A stretch of 32,000 nucleotides of DNA from Candidatus Iainarchaeum sp. (GCA_037441475.1 JBBISB010000001.1:638988-670987); one strand, 5' to 3'. Shown: positions 1-8,763, counted from the first letter of the stretch. Program-made: numbers and translations. The notes: generated by a model from the letters alone, not told the origin.

Positions 1-153
1 TAATGTTTCTTTCTTCTTTGTTTCATGCAAGGCAAAGTCTATGGTTAAGTCATCAATTATATTTACTTTACTTTTTTTTAATTTTTTTGTATCTTCTAAA
101 AATTTCTTTCTTGCAGAAAAGTAGTCTTTAGAAAAATATTTTTCATAAATCAT
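1..153 (-). CDS. hypothetical protein, N-terminal fragment (gene continues beyond the left window edge)
   Basis: Absent from the ORF track because it is truncated. Reverse-strand ATG at 153..151, 2 nt downstream of the GH3-like stop, open to position 1. Translates MIYEKYFSKDYFSARKKFLEDTKKLKKSKVNIIDDLTIDFALHETKKKETL. The tight spacing suggests co-transcription. Family not assignable from 51 residues. Confidence 0.4.
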   Translation of the reverse strand, partial: MIYEKYFSKDYFSARKKFLEDTKKLKKSKVNIIDDLTIDFALHETKKKETL

Positions 154-155
154 AA

Positions 156-1904
156 TTATTCATAACTCTTTTCTATCTTGAAATTATCTCTAAACTTATG
201 GTCAGGATGTATATTTATTGGTTTTGGGTTTCCTGAACCAACCACTCTTTTCTGATTAAACAAATCATAGCTTCCTTTCTCTAAGATAGAAACAATAGGA
301 GGATCCATTCTTCCAAACTCCTCTCTCATTTGTTTATAGTCATTAATTATTTCTTTAAGGTTTAAGTCTAGTTTGTTTTTAAAATCAATAATTTTTTTAT
401 CATCTTCTTTTTCTAAAACATCTAATAATATTTCATATCTTGGTTTTTTAGAAAGATCTACAAGGTATGGAAGTAATGTGTAGTGTTTAAGCTTAATATC
501 AGTTTCTTTAATAGTTTTATTAATTGCCTTAACAATCTCATCTTCATATGCAAGTTCTCCTGCAATGTTAAGATAATTCTCTCTATTGTAAAACTTAATC
601 TCTGGTATCTTTTTAAAAAATCCAGTTACTTTAATGACATCTCCCATGTCATACCTATAAAGTCCTTCCTGAGTTGTTATTATAACCTTATATTTCTTAT
701 TAAGTTTTAATTTTTCAACAGTTATTGTTTCTTTTTTTTCTTTATCAATATCAATAAACTCAAAGAAGGTGGTGTTAAGTGGAAAAACTCCTGAGATTCC
801 ATCTTTAGAAAGCCCAATAGATATTCTTCCTTCAGATGCATTTATCCCAGAATCTCTAATCTCTATTTTCTTTCCAATCTTTTCCATTAAAGTATCAATA
901 TACATCTCATTTGTCTTTGACCTAAAGCAGCTAACTAAACCTATGTTAGGCCAAATATCAATTGCTTTAAAATCTTTTATAGCTGAAAGATATTCTGCTC
1001 TCTTTGGGTTTGTTTTTTTAATAGTTTTAATAAGCTTATCTCTATTTTTTTTAATATAGTCTAAAAAAAGTATTGCTTCAATTGGTGCTGTAAAAGCTAT
1101 CTGTGTAATATTTTCTTGTAAGGCATAGATTGCCATTTTTTTAATTTTTTTATCAAAGTTCATTTCATTATAGACTGTTATTGGGTTTGATATTTTTCTT
1201 TTAACATACCATGGAGATTTGTGTGGAAGATATCCAGATATACTTCCATAAGGTATCTTTCCTTTTGTCTTTCCTTCAAAGTAAGGTCCTGCAAAGTAAA
1301 GGGTTTTTCCATTTGCAATCTTAACATAATCTTTTAAGACATAAACAGCCCAGAGTGCAAATTCTTTGTTATAATTTTTAATTCTCTGTTTTGTAATAGG
1401 TACAAGTTTTATTTTACTTGTAGTTCCAGAGGTAGATGCAAAGTAAACTACTTTGTCTTTTGTAAAAATATTCTGTTCTCCATTCTTAAGTCTTTCAACA
1501 TCTTCTAAGATATCAGCAAATTTAATAATAGGCACCTTTCTTTGATACTCTTCAATACTCTTAATTTGAGAGAATGAATATTTTTTTCCATACTCTGTAT
1601 TTTTGTTTCTTTTAATAATCTTAAGTAGAACTTTCTTTTGTGATTTTAAGGGATCAATTAAAGCATCTTGAAAATCAATAATCTGTTTTATCTGGTTTAA
1701 AATATATCTATAGTTTATCAAGTCATCTTTTATTTTTTCACTTGTTTCTTTTATTTTTTTACTTGTTTTTGTAGATATTTTTTTAAGGTCCAAGCTTGTT
1801 TCTTTAAAAGTACTGCTTGTCTTTTCAGATATTCTTTTTAAATTTTCACTAGTACTCTTAAGCACACTAGTTGTTTTTTCTTTTATTTTTTCTATTGTCT
1901 TCAT
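156..1904 (-). CDS. GH3-family acyl-acid amido synthetase-like protein (adenylate-forming enzyme)
   Basis: 582-aa ORF. The motif YFASTSGTTSKIKLVPIT and the ~520-aa body are typical of the GH3 family. It carries an unusual ~60-aa Lys/Thr/Ser-rich periodic N-terminal extension. Confidence 0.6.
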   Translation of the reverse strand: MKTIEKIKEKTTSVLKSTSENLKRISEKTSSTFKETSLDLKKISTKTSKKIKETSEKIKDDLINYRYILNQIKQIIDFQDALIDPLKSQKKVLLKIIKRNKNTEYGKKYSFSQIKSIEEYQRKVPIIKFADILEDVERLKNGEQNIFTKDKVVYFASTSGTTSKIKLVPITKQRIKNYNKEFALWAVYVLKDYVKIANGKTLYFAGPYFEGKTKGKIPYGSISGYLPHKSPWYVKRKISNPITVYNEMNFDKKIKKMAIYALQENITQIAFTAPIEAILFLDYIKKNRDKLIKTIKKTNPKRAEYLSAIKDFKAIDIWPNIGLVSCFRSKTNEMYIDTLMEKIGKKIEIRDSGINASEGRISIGLSKDGISGVFPLNTTFFEFIDIDKEKKETITVEKLKLNKKYKVIITTQEGLYRYDMGDVIKVTGFFKKIPEIKFYNRENYLNIAGELAYEDEIVKAINKTIKETDIKLKHYTLLPYLVDLSKKPRYEILLDVLEKEDDKKIIDFKNKLDLNLKEIINDYKQMREEFGRMDPPIVSILEKGSYDLFNQKRVVGSGNPKPINIHPDHKFRDNFKIEKSYE

Positions 1905-1940
1905 ACTCTTTCAAAAATATTTTTTTAATAAAAAAATAAG

Positions 1941-2013
1941 TGGTCCTGCCCAGGCTCGAACTGGGGATCTCCGCAATGTCAATGCGACGTCATAACCACT
2001 AGACCACAGGACC
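1941..2013 (-). tRNA. tRNA-Val (anticodon GAC)
   Basis: The reverse complement folds as a cloverleaf. Acceptor GGTCCTG/CAGGACC; anticodon stem TCGCA/TGCGG with loop TTGACAT; T arm CCCAG-TTCGAGC-CTGGG; discriminator A. No encoded CCA and no intron. Confidence 0.9.
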
Positions 2014-2044
2014 TTTATATCTATAATATATGTAAAATAGCTTT

Positions 2045-2983
2045 TTATATCTTTTTAATTTTTAAAATCAGTTCACAGGCTTTACAAACTTCTTGACTTG
2101 TTTCTTCCTTACATATTTTGCATTTTTTTAGTTTCTGTTTGTCTTTTAATAAAGGAGATATGTTTGTAATTTCTTTAAGCTTTAAAAAACTCTTAACTAA
2201 AGAAAACTTAGCTCCTGGGTGCAAAACCTCTGTCTCGTTTAAAAAACTTCTAAAATGATTTCTCTTAGCTGTTCTAAAGAAAGGACAGTTGCAATCATGG
2301 AAAGGTATATTATTGTATAAAGCGTAAGCAGCAATTTCTTTTTCTGGTGTCAAGTAAAATGGCTTAACTCTTGGTTTTGTTTCTTCCATGTCAATAATAC
2401 CAGTTGAAGGTCCAGTTCTTAAAAATCTAACCACATCATTATCTAGAAGATTCATCAAAATAGTTTGACATTCATCATCTAGGTTATGTCCTGTTAAAAG
2501 TTTACTTACATCTTCTCTGTTTGCAAGTCTGTTTAATGTTTTTCTTCTCAAAACTCCACAGTAAGTACAAACAGTTCCTTCGCGTCTATCATACTTCTCT
2601 CCAATCTCTTGAGTTGAGATATCAAATTCTTTTTTATGAGAGGAGGATACAAGTTTTATGTTTTCTTTAAAACAAAAATCTTTTACCACTTGATATGTTT
2701 TATTTGAGTAGTTGTCTGTTCCTTCGTCTACAAAGATAGCACAAAACTTAATTCTTCTTTCTTTAAATATTTTATTTATTAAGTATAATAAAACCATTGA
2801 GTCTTTTCCGCCAGAGGTTGCAACTCCAAGATAATCTTTTTGTGAAAAAAGTTTAAACTGTCTTATGGTTTTTTTAAATCTATTTTCAAAAAAATCATTA
2901 AAGTGATCTTTACATAAATTATGCTTACCATAAGCTAAGTATATCAAAGCATCCTTTGAACATTTTTCACATTTAATATTCAT
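2045..2983 (-). CDS. PP-loop tRNA 2-thiolation enzyme, TtuA/Ncs6 family (Fe-S type)
   Basis: SGGKDS PP-loop. N-terminal CxxC...CxxH and C-terminal CxxC...CxxC zinc fingers. Internal CTYCG and CNCP cysteines match the positions of Fe-S ligands in this family. Confidence 0.8.
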   Translation of the reverse strand: MNIKCEKCSKDALIYLAYGKHNLCKDHFNDFFENRFKKTIRQFKLFSQKDYLGVATSGGKDSMVLLYLINKIFKERRIKFCAIFVDEGTDNYSNKTYQVVKDFCFKENIKLVSSSHKKEFDISTQEIGEKYDRREGTVCTYCGVLRRKTLNRLANREDVSKLLTGHNLDDECQTILMNLLDNDVVRFLRTGPSTGIIDMEETKPRVKPFYLTPEKEIAAYALYNNIPFHDCNCPFFRTAKRNHFRSFLNETEVLHPGAKFSLVKSFLKLKEITNISPLLKDKQKLKKCKICKEETSQEVCKACELILKIKKI

Positions 2984-2991
2984 TTTTTAAA

Positions 2992-3171
2992 TCACTTTAT
3001 AACTTGCAAAACTTCAATCTCAGTTTCTTTCTTAATAACAGTTGATATTGGCCTAAAAGTACCATCTATCTTAACTAAAACAATCTCTGGACTTATCTTT
3101 AAATCTATTAATATCTCTCTTAAGGTTTTATTAAAATCTTCCTTGGTTATTGTAATTTTTTTCTTAATCAT
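2992..3171 (-). CDS. small ThiS/MoaD/TtuB-like beta-grasp protein lacking C-terminal Gly-Gly
   Basis: 59-aa ORF, just below the apparent length cut-off of the track. Translates MIKKKITITKEDFNKTLREILIDLKISPEIVLVKIDGTFRPISTVIKKETEIEVLQVIK. The pattern LRExLxxLxIxPExVxVxxxG...EIEVL resembles sulfur-carrier proteins. Its stop is 8 nt upstream of the thiolase ATG. Confidence 0.5.
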   Translation of the reverse strand: MIKKKITITKEDFNKTLREILIDLKISPEIVLVKIDGTFRPISTVIKKETEIEVLQVIK

Positions 3172-3329
3172 ATTAAATCAACAGGTTTTTAGTTATTTTT
3201 AATAAAAATAAGCTCAATTTAAGCTTATTTTTCCATCTAATATATAAATCTTTTGTTTCATAATTATATATTATTATTTACTTTAAAATAATATAAGTTT
3301 AAAACAAATTAAAAAGAGTGTGATTTTTT

Positions 3330-3938
3330 ATGACAACAGCAAGCCAATATATAAAAAAAACTATAGAGAACGAGTATAAGAAAACAAGAGATGCTAATTA
3401 CGACTATAGAAAAGTATATTCAAAAAAATTAATAGATTTTAGAAAATTAGAAGGTTCTATTGTAAAGGTTGATAAACCATCTAATATTGTTAGAGCAAGA
3501 GAACTTGGTTACAAAGCAAAGCAAGGTATTATTGTTGTCTTTGTAAAGGTAAGAAAAGGTTCTGGTTTAATCTTAAGACCAAAGAATGCTAGAAGACCAA
3601 AGAGAATGGGAATTAATAAAATAACAAGGAGAATCTCAATTCAAAGAATGGCTGAGCAAAAAGCAGACAAGGCTTATGAAAATTTAGAAGTTTTAAACTC
3701 TTACTATGTTGGAGAAGACGGTCAAAAGAAATATTTTGAAGTTATAATGATTGATCCAAACCACCCATCAATAGTAAACGATATGGATCTTAATTGGATA
3801 GTTTCTGAAAAGCATAAAAAAAGAGCTCAAAGAGGTCTTACAAGTGCTGGAAGAAAGAATAGAGGTCTTGTAAAGAAAGGAAACGGTACTGAAAAGAACG
3901 GTCCTTCAAACAGAGCTAAATTAAGAAAAGCTAAATAG
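3330..3938 (+). CDS. rpl15e: 50S ribosomal protein L15e (eL15)
   Basis: 202 aa, basic. Recognisable eL15 N-terminal half (YRKVYSKKLIDFRKLEGSIVKVDKPSNIVRARELGYKAKQGIIVVFVKVRKG). Confidence 0.9.
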   Translation: MTTASQYIKKTIENEYKKTRDANYDYRKVYSKKLIDFRKLEGSIVKVDKPSNIVRARELGYKAKQGIIVVFVKVRKGSGLILRPKNARRPKRMGINKITRRISIQRMAEQKADKAYENLEVLNSYYVGEDGQKKYFEVIMIDPNHPSIVNDMDLNWIVSEKHKKRAQRGLTSAGRKNRGLVKKGNGTEKNGPSNRAKLRKAK

Positions 3939-3971
3939 TTATAAACCTTTTCTTTCTTTATCTTTTATATT

Positions 3972-4238
3972 ATGGTATATATGGATAATATCTTATATTT
4001 GAGTGCATTTACACACATCATCTGGATTGTACTCTTAATAGTAATTTCAGTTGTTATATACTCATGGACAAAAAGCAAAATATCAAACAACACAATGTCT
4101 GTTGTAATAACAATTATTATTGTATATTTATTATTTGTACAATACCCTCATTTCGTGTGGTTTGCAGTTGTTGGTGCTTTAATAATATCAATAAGTAAAC
4201 CTGACTTTAGTAAATTAATGAAGGATTTTAGAATTTAA
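3972..4238 (+). CDS. small membrane protein, unknown function
   Basis: 88 aa with about three hydrophobic helices. Same strand and tightly spaced after rpl15e. Confidence 0.4.
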   Translation: MVYMDNILYLSAFTHIIWIVLLIVISVVIYSWTKSKISNNTMSVVITIIIVYLLFVQYPHFVWFAVVGALIISISKPDFSKLMKDFRI

Positions 4239-4253
4239 GAAAGTGATTATAGT

Positions 4254-4559
4254 TTGGAAGCAATATTGACTAGGATTTTTTTACTTGTTATTATTATTCT
4301 ATGTATCAATTATAATTTTTTAATTTTTATTCCTTTTATTTTAGGTATATACTTTTTATTTGAGAAAAGTTGGTGGAATCTTTTGGTGTTAGGAGGTTAT
4401 GTTGTAATTTTCTTTCTAATGGCAAGTGATGTTCCTTTCCTTCTTTATTCAACAATTATTCTTTTATTAATAGTTATTATTACAAATTACTTTTCTGGAA
4501 GTAAAGAGAAAGAAGATACTGGAGATATTGATTTCAGTAAACTTTTTGGAAACATGTAA
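4254..4559 (+). CDS. small membrane protein, unknown function
   Basis: 101 aa, TTG start in the track, about three hydrophobic helices and an acidic C-terminal tail. Confidence 0.4.
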   Translation: MEAILTRIFLLVIIILCINYNFLIFIPFILGIYFLFEKSWWNLLVLGGYVVIFFLMASDVPFLLYSTIILLLIVIITNYFSGSKEKEDTGDIDFSKLFGNM

Positions 4560-4588
4560 GTCTTTTAAAAAAAGAGGGTTTTTAAAAA

Positions 4589-4990
4589 ATGCACAAGATA
4601 GTTAAGTCATCTGTAAGGGCTGTTAAAAAAGAAGTTAAATCTTTTTTATTAAAACCAAAACCCTCTCTTCATTCAACAAACAGAGGAAAAGATAATCCTT
4701 CTTTGTTTAATAGAGGAAAAGAATTTGTTGTTGATATCTTAAAGTTTAAAACTAAAAGACCATCAAAAGAAAGCTCTATGGAGTTTATAAAAAAAAATAA
4801 AAGTTTCTTTTCTAAAAGTAATTTAAAGGCTCTTCTAGCTTACATCTTCTCTGATTTTTCTATGGACCAGATAGAGGACATGATACGATATATCTTTGGG
4901 AATCTATCAGAAGAGCAAAGAGATAATGTTTTACTTGACATTATCGAACATATAAACGAGAAAGAGTATGGGTTTTTATTAAAGGATTAA
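4589..4990 (+). CDS. hypothetical protein
   Basis: 133-aa ORF with a basic N-terminal half. No recognisable motif. Confidence 0.4.
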   Translation: MHKIVKSSVRAVKKEVKSFLLKPKPSLHSTNRGKDNPSLFNRGKEFVVDILKFKTKRPSKESSMEFIKKNKSFFSKSNLKALLAYIFSDFSMDQIEDMIRYIFGNLSEEQRDNVLLDIIEHINEKEYGFLLKD

Positions 4991-4997
4991 TAAAAAC

Positions 4998-5579
4998 TTA
5001 TTTTAGTTTATTTAAAATATTTCTATTTTCTTCTAAAATATCTTTCATAATTTTTGTAAGTCCATTCATCTGTGCTTTAAGTTCTCTTACTTGCTCTTCA
5101 ATTTCAGAAAGTTGTTTTGAATCAATTGTAGGTGCTATTGGTTTTTCTTTTTTTAAATTTTTAATAATATCTTCCTGATTAATTTTATTAACATCACTTG
5201 TAGTTTTCTTAAGCTCTGTTTCTAAAAAATCTTCATATTTACTTTTGTTTTTTTCTATAAAATCTGTTTTAGTTGTTTTTTTAGAAATTACTTCTTTTTC
5301 AGGTTCTTCTTCATCAAGTTCTTCTTGAGAAATCTCTTCCTCTTCTTGAGAAGCATCTTCTTTTACAGAAGATAAATTTTCTTCCTTTTCTTTTTTAACA
5401 GAAGTTAAAGGTTCTTCTTTCTTTTCTGTTTTTCTTGATGCTAAAACAGCATTATAATTATTTTCAATATCTTCTTCATCAACACCTATGTCTTTAAGTG
5501 TCGAATAAATAGTTTCTTTATCTATATTAGCATCCATTAGTTCAATAATGGTGTCTTGAATTAATTTTTTTTCAACCAT
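4998..5579 (-). CDS. hypothetical acidic coiled-coil protein
   Basis: 193 aa. Small helical N-terminal domain, Glu/Lys-rich disordered centre, C-terminal coiled-coil-like segment. Divergent from the 5689 ORF. Confidence 0.45.
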   Translation of the reverse strand: MVEKKLIQDTIIELMDANIDKETIYSTLKDIGVDEEDIENNYNAVLASRKTEKKEEPLTSVKKEKEENLSSVKEDASQEEEEISQEELDEEEPEKEVISKKTTKTDFIEKNKSKYEDFLETELKKTTSDVNKINQEDIIKNLKKEKPIAPTIDSKQLSEIEEQVRELKAQMNGLTKIMKDILEENRNILNKLK

Positions 5580-5688
5580 ACTTAATCTATATTCTAAACT
5601 ATAATAGTTAATATCTTAAATGTAAGTTATTAAAAATGTTTTGTTTTAAATAATAAATATAATATATAATTTTACGAGATTTTTAAAT

Positions 5689-7125
5689 ATGATATCCTTA
5701 AACACATGGAACACTTTATATGAAGGCAAGTATGCTGATCAAGAGCTTAGTGTTCTCTATAAAGACGATATCTTTGTTTCTTTCTTAAGGTTAAGAGATA
5801 AAACAAATGTCTTAATACAGGTATATAAGGTTTTTGTTGTTAAAGGAGAGATTGAAACTTTTGCATCCACTCTTCCATACCCTGCTATTGTTTATCATAA
5901 GCATGTGGATATTGGTTCTTCAAATAACTTTAAGTATCTTTTATTACATACAGACACAGAGTATATAGATGTAAATACTCTTTCATATCATGTAGATAAA
6001 AAAATAACTGAACTAAATAAAATGATTGGTTCTGTAATCTCTGTTGTTAAGTCATATAACATTAAGTTAATTTCTTTAAAACTTGCAGAAAAAAGAGATA
6101 ATGATTATTTTTTTTCAGATCCTGAAATCTTAAAATCACTTTCAAACATGCCTCTTTCCTTAGACTTTAAATCTTCAACACCTTTAGATAAGTTAATCCT
6201 AGGTAAAAAGAAAGACGTAACAGTTACAACCTCTCTTTCAAACCTAAAGAATGTAACCGTCTATGGTCCTCTTCTTGATGAAAGGTTGTTTGTTTCAAAG
6301 TTAATATGTGAAAATTATTTACTTTCTTCAAAAACAGTTATTGTCTTTGATACTTTAAACAACTATGTTAGTTTAGGGTATCCTCAACAAAACTCCAAGG
6401 TCTTAGAGGACTTTGAACTTAATATGGATGCTTTTGGTTTTCCAGTTAAAAAAATAAATTACTTAGATATTAATATTCCTCTAAGCAAAATACCTTTTGA
6501 TGCTTTTGTAAATCTTTTTTCTTTTAAGGATGTTTCTTTAAAGATAATAAACCAGGTTTACAGTAAAGATATAATCACTGTTAAAGATCTTATTTCAAGT
6601 GTTAAAAAAATAAAAGTTGATCAAGAGATTAATGATTTTGAAAAACAAAGAGTAATTTCAAAATTAATGGTCTTAGATAAAAAATATGGTTCTTTCTTTG
6701 GAAAATCAGATATTTCTTTACTTTTTAAACAAAGATATCAAAATATTGGTTCTGTAAAGATAATTACCTTAAACCCTAAAGACCCTATTTACCCTTTCTT
6801 TATAAAAAACCTTGTTGAAGAGATTTCTTTGTCTGTTAAAGATGAGGTTTTATTGGTTTTTCCTGAGTTAAGTGCTGTTTTCAATAATCTTTATTTAGGA
6901 AGCAGTATAATGCAGACAATAAAAGATAATTCCACCTTAAACTCCTTAATAACAAGCAAGTCTGAAAATGACTTTAGGGAGGGTGTTTTTCCAGGTGTAA
7001 AGATACATGCCATAAAGGATAATGATGCTGTTATCTATTACCCTAACAGAGACCCTATAAGGCTTCTTTTAAGACCTACTTTTACATCTAGTGTTATTAA
7101 TTATAAGCTTAAGGACAAGTTTTAG
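5689..7125 (+). CDS. hypothetical protein; possible degenerate HerA/FtsK-like (DUF87-type) ATPase fold lacking a P-loop
   Basis: 478 aa. The segment LGKKKDVTVTTSLSNLKNVTVYGPLLDERLFVSKLICENYLLSSKTVIVFDTLNNY mirrors the HerA layout, but GxxGSGKS is replaced by GPLLDERL. LLVFPELSAVF sits where Walker B would be. Confidence 0.3.
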   Translation: MISLNTWNTLYEGKYADQELSVLYKDDIFVSFLRLRDKTNVLIQVYKVFVVKGEIETFASTLPYPAIVYHKHVDIGSSNNFKYLLLHTDTEYIDVNTLSYHVDKKITELNKMIGSVISVVKSYNIKLISLKLAEKRDNDYFFSDPEILKSLSNMPLSLDFKSSTPLDKLILGKKKDVTVTTSLSNLKNVTVYGPLLDERLFVSKLICENYLLSSKTVIVFDTLNNYVSLGYPQQNSKVLEDFELNMDAFGFPVKKINYLDINIPLSKIPFDAFVNLFSFKDVSLKIINQVYSKDIITVKDLISSVKKIKVDQEINDFEKQRVISKLMVLDKKYGSFFGKSDISLLFKQRYQNIGSVKIITLNPKDPIYPFFIKNLVEEISLSVKDEVLLVFPELSAVFNNLYLGSSIMQTIKDNSTLNSLITSKSENDFREGVFPGVKIHAIKDNDAVIYYPNRDPIRLLLRPTFTSSVINYKLKDKF

Positions 7126-7319
7126 TTTTTATGACGTAAGCTACATAACTGTTTAAAAACCACCCTTACCAAAACCTTTATATACCTGAAAAACTATGTT
7201 ATTTATATAGGTATGCTTATTTCTATAAAATTTATATTAAGTTTAAAGGTATAAGTAAAAAAATATATGTTAAAAAAACAACTATTTTTATAAACATTAA
7301 AAATATAGAGGTGTAAACA

Positions 7320-8225
7320 ATGGTTAAATGTCCAGAATGTGGAAACACAAAGGTCTACAGAGATTCAAAAAGTGGAGAATATATCTGTAGTAAATGTCAT
7401 ACTGTTTTATCAGATTACCAAATAGATACAGGTAAGGATTGGAGAACTTTTGATAATTCTGAAAAACAAGATAATGTTAGTACCGGTTCACCAATGAAGT
7501 ATACAAAAATAAACAAAGGTCTTGAAACAATGATTGAAAGATCAGGAAGAGACTTGAGAGGAAACAAACTTTCCACAAAATCAAGAGCTCAGATGTACAG
7601 ACTTATTAAATGGCATAAAAGATCTTCAATATCAAACTCAGTTCAAAGAAATTTATCCATAGCTTTAACAGAACTTAAAAGAATTTCATCTTACCTTAAC
7701 ATACCAAATCCTTTAGTTGAAACAGCAGCTTTACTTTACAGAAAGACTGTTGAAAAAGGACTTATAAGAGGAAGATTAATTGAGGCTGTTGTTGCTGCTG
7801 TTCTTTACTCTGTTTGTAGGACATACAATGTTCCAAGAACATTAAATGAAATGGCTGAAGCTTCAGGTCTTACAAAGAAAGAAATTGGAAGAACATATAG
7901 GTTTATTGTAAAAGAACTTGATATTGCTGTTCCTTTAACAGATCCTAGTTACTATATCTCAAGATTTGTTTCTGTTTTAACATTATCAGCTGAAGTTGAA
8001 AATAAAGCAAAAGTTATTGTTAAAAAAGCAATAGCATCAGGTTTAATCTCTGGAAGAGGTCCAACTGGTGTTGCTGCAGCTGCTGTTTACATAGCTGCTT
8101 TAATGACTGGTGAGAGAAGAACTCAAAAAGAGGTTGCAAATGTTGCTGGTGTAACTGAAGTAACCATAAGAAACAGATACAGAGAGCTTAAAGCAAAACT
8201 TAAGCTTAACATAGATGGAGAGTAA
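7320..8225 (+). CDS. tfb: transcription initiation factor IIB (TFB)
   Basis: N-terminal zinc ribbon CPECG...CSKC followed by two cyclin-like repeats. GAGGTG Shine-Dalgarno-like sequence a few nt upstream of the ATG. Confidence 0.95.
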   Translation: MVKCPECGNTKVYRDSKSGEYICSKCHTVLSDYQIDTGKDWRTFDNSEKQDNVSTGSPMKYTKINKGLETMIERSGRDLRGNKLSTKSRAQMYRLIKWHKRSSISNSVQRNLSIALTELKRISSYLNIPNPLVETAALLYRKTVEKGLIRGRLIEAVVAAVLYSVCRTYNVPRTLNEMAEASGLTKKEIGRTYRFIVKELDIAVPLTDPSYYISRFVSVLTLSAEVENKAKVIVKKAIASGLISGRGPTGVAAAAVYIAALMTGERRTQKEVANVAGVTEVTIRNRYRELKAKLKLNIDGE

Positions 8226-8301
8226 AATCTCTTTCTTTTCTTTTTCTTTTTAATTTAAATAATAAATACTATTTATAATTTATTTGTTTTATAAATATCA
8301 T

Positions 8302-8763
8302 ATGGAACCAATTAAGATATCTTATAAGTAAGTAGAAGATTGGTGCAGAAAGATCTATCTTCAAGCAAAGAAACAAAACTATTCTCCTGATATTCTTTTA
8401 GGAATATCTGTTGGTGGTCTTTTCCCTACAGTTCATCTTGCAAGACTTTTTAACACTAAAAATGTTGTTAGTATAGCTGTTAAGTCCTATGATAAAAACA
8501 AAAGAGGAAAGATAGAAGTTATTAACCTTCCCTCAAAACAACTTTTAAAAAATAAAAAAATATTAATTATTGATGAGATCCTTGATTCTGGAAAAACAAT
8601 TGAATTTATTTCTTCACTTTTAATAAACAAATTTCAGGTAAAAGAAATTAAGACAGCAACCATATATGTTAATAAAAAAAACTGTTCCTTCTATCCTGAT
8701 TTCTATGTTAAAACAAACCCCCAGTGGCTTGATTTTCCATGGGATAGATTTGAAAAGGTTTAG
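8302..8763 (+). pseudogene. purine/xanthine-guanine-type phosphoribosyltransferase interrupted by an in-frame TAA at codon 10
   Basis: Absent from the ORF track. Frame from ATG 8302 reads MEPIKISYK*VEDWCRKIYLQAKKQNYSPDILLGISVGGLFPTVHLARLF...KKILIIDEILDSGKT...FPWDRFEKV*. ILIIDEILDSGKT is a PRPP-binding motif. The stop is at 8329-8331, and no ATG/GTG/TTG follows in frame. Confidence 0.6.

Noticed and set aside
483-1059. Track ORFs 483..710 and 769..1059 on the plus strand
   Set aside because: They lie entirely antisense within the 582-aa GH3-like ORF. Their translations are low-complexity and rich in Phe, Ile and Leu, typical of shadow ORFs in AT-rich DNA, with no motifs.
1941-2013. Missing 3' CCA and absence of introns in both tRNA genes as anomalies
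   Set aside because: Lack of an encoded CCA is common in archaeal tRNA genes because it is added post-transcriptionally. Both genes fold as standard 73-nt cloverleaves.
8329-8331. The in-frame TAA in the PRTase gene as evidence for stop-codon reassignment
   Set aside because: TAA, TAG and TGA all terminate well-supported genes in this window at the expected lengths (for example TAA for tfb, TAG for rpl15e, TGA for trxB). A genome-wide recoding is therefore not supported.
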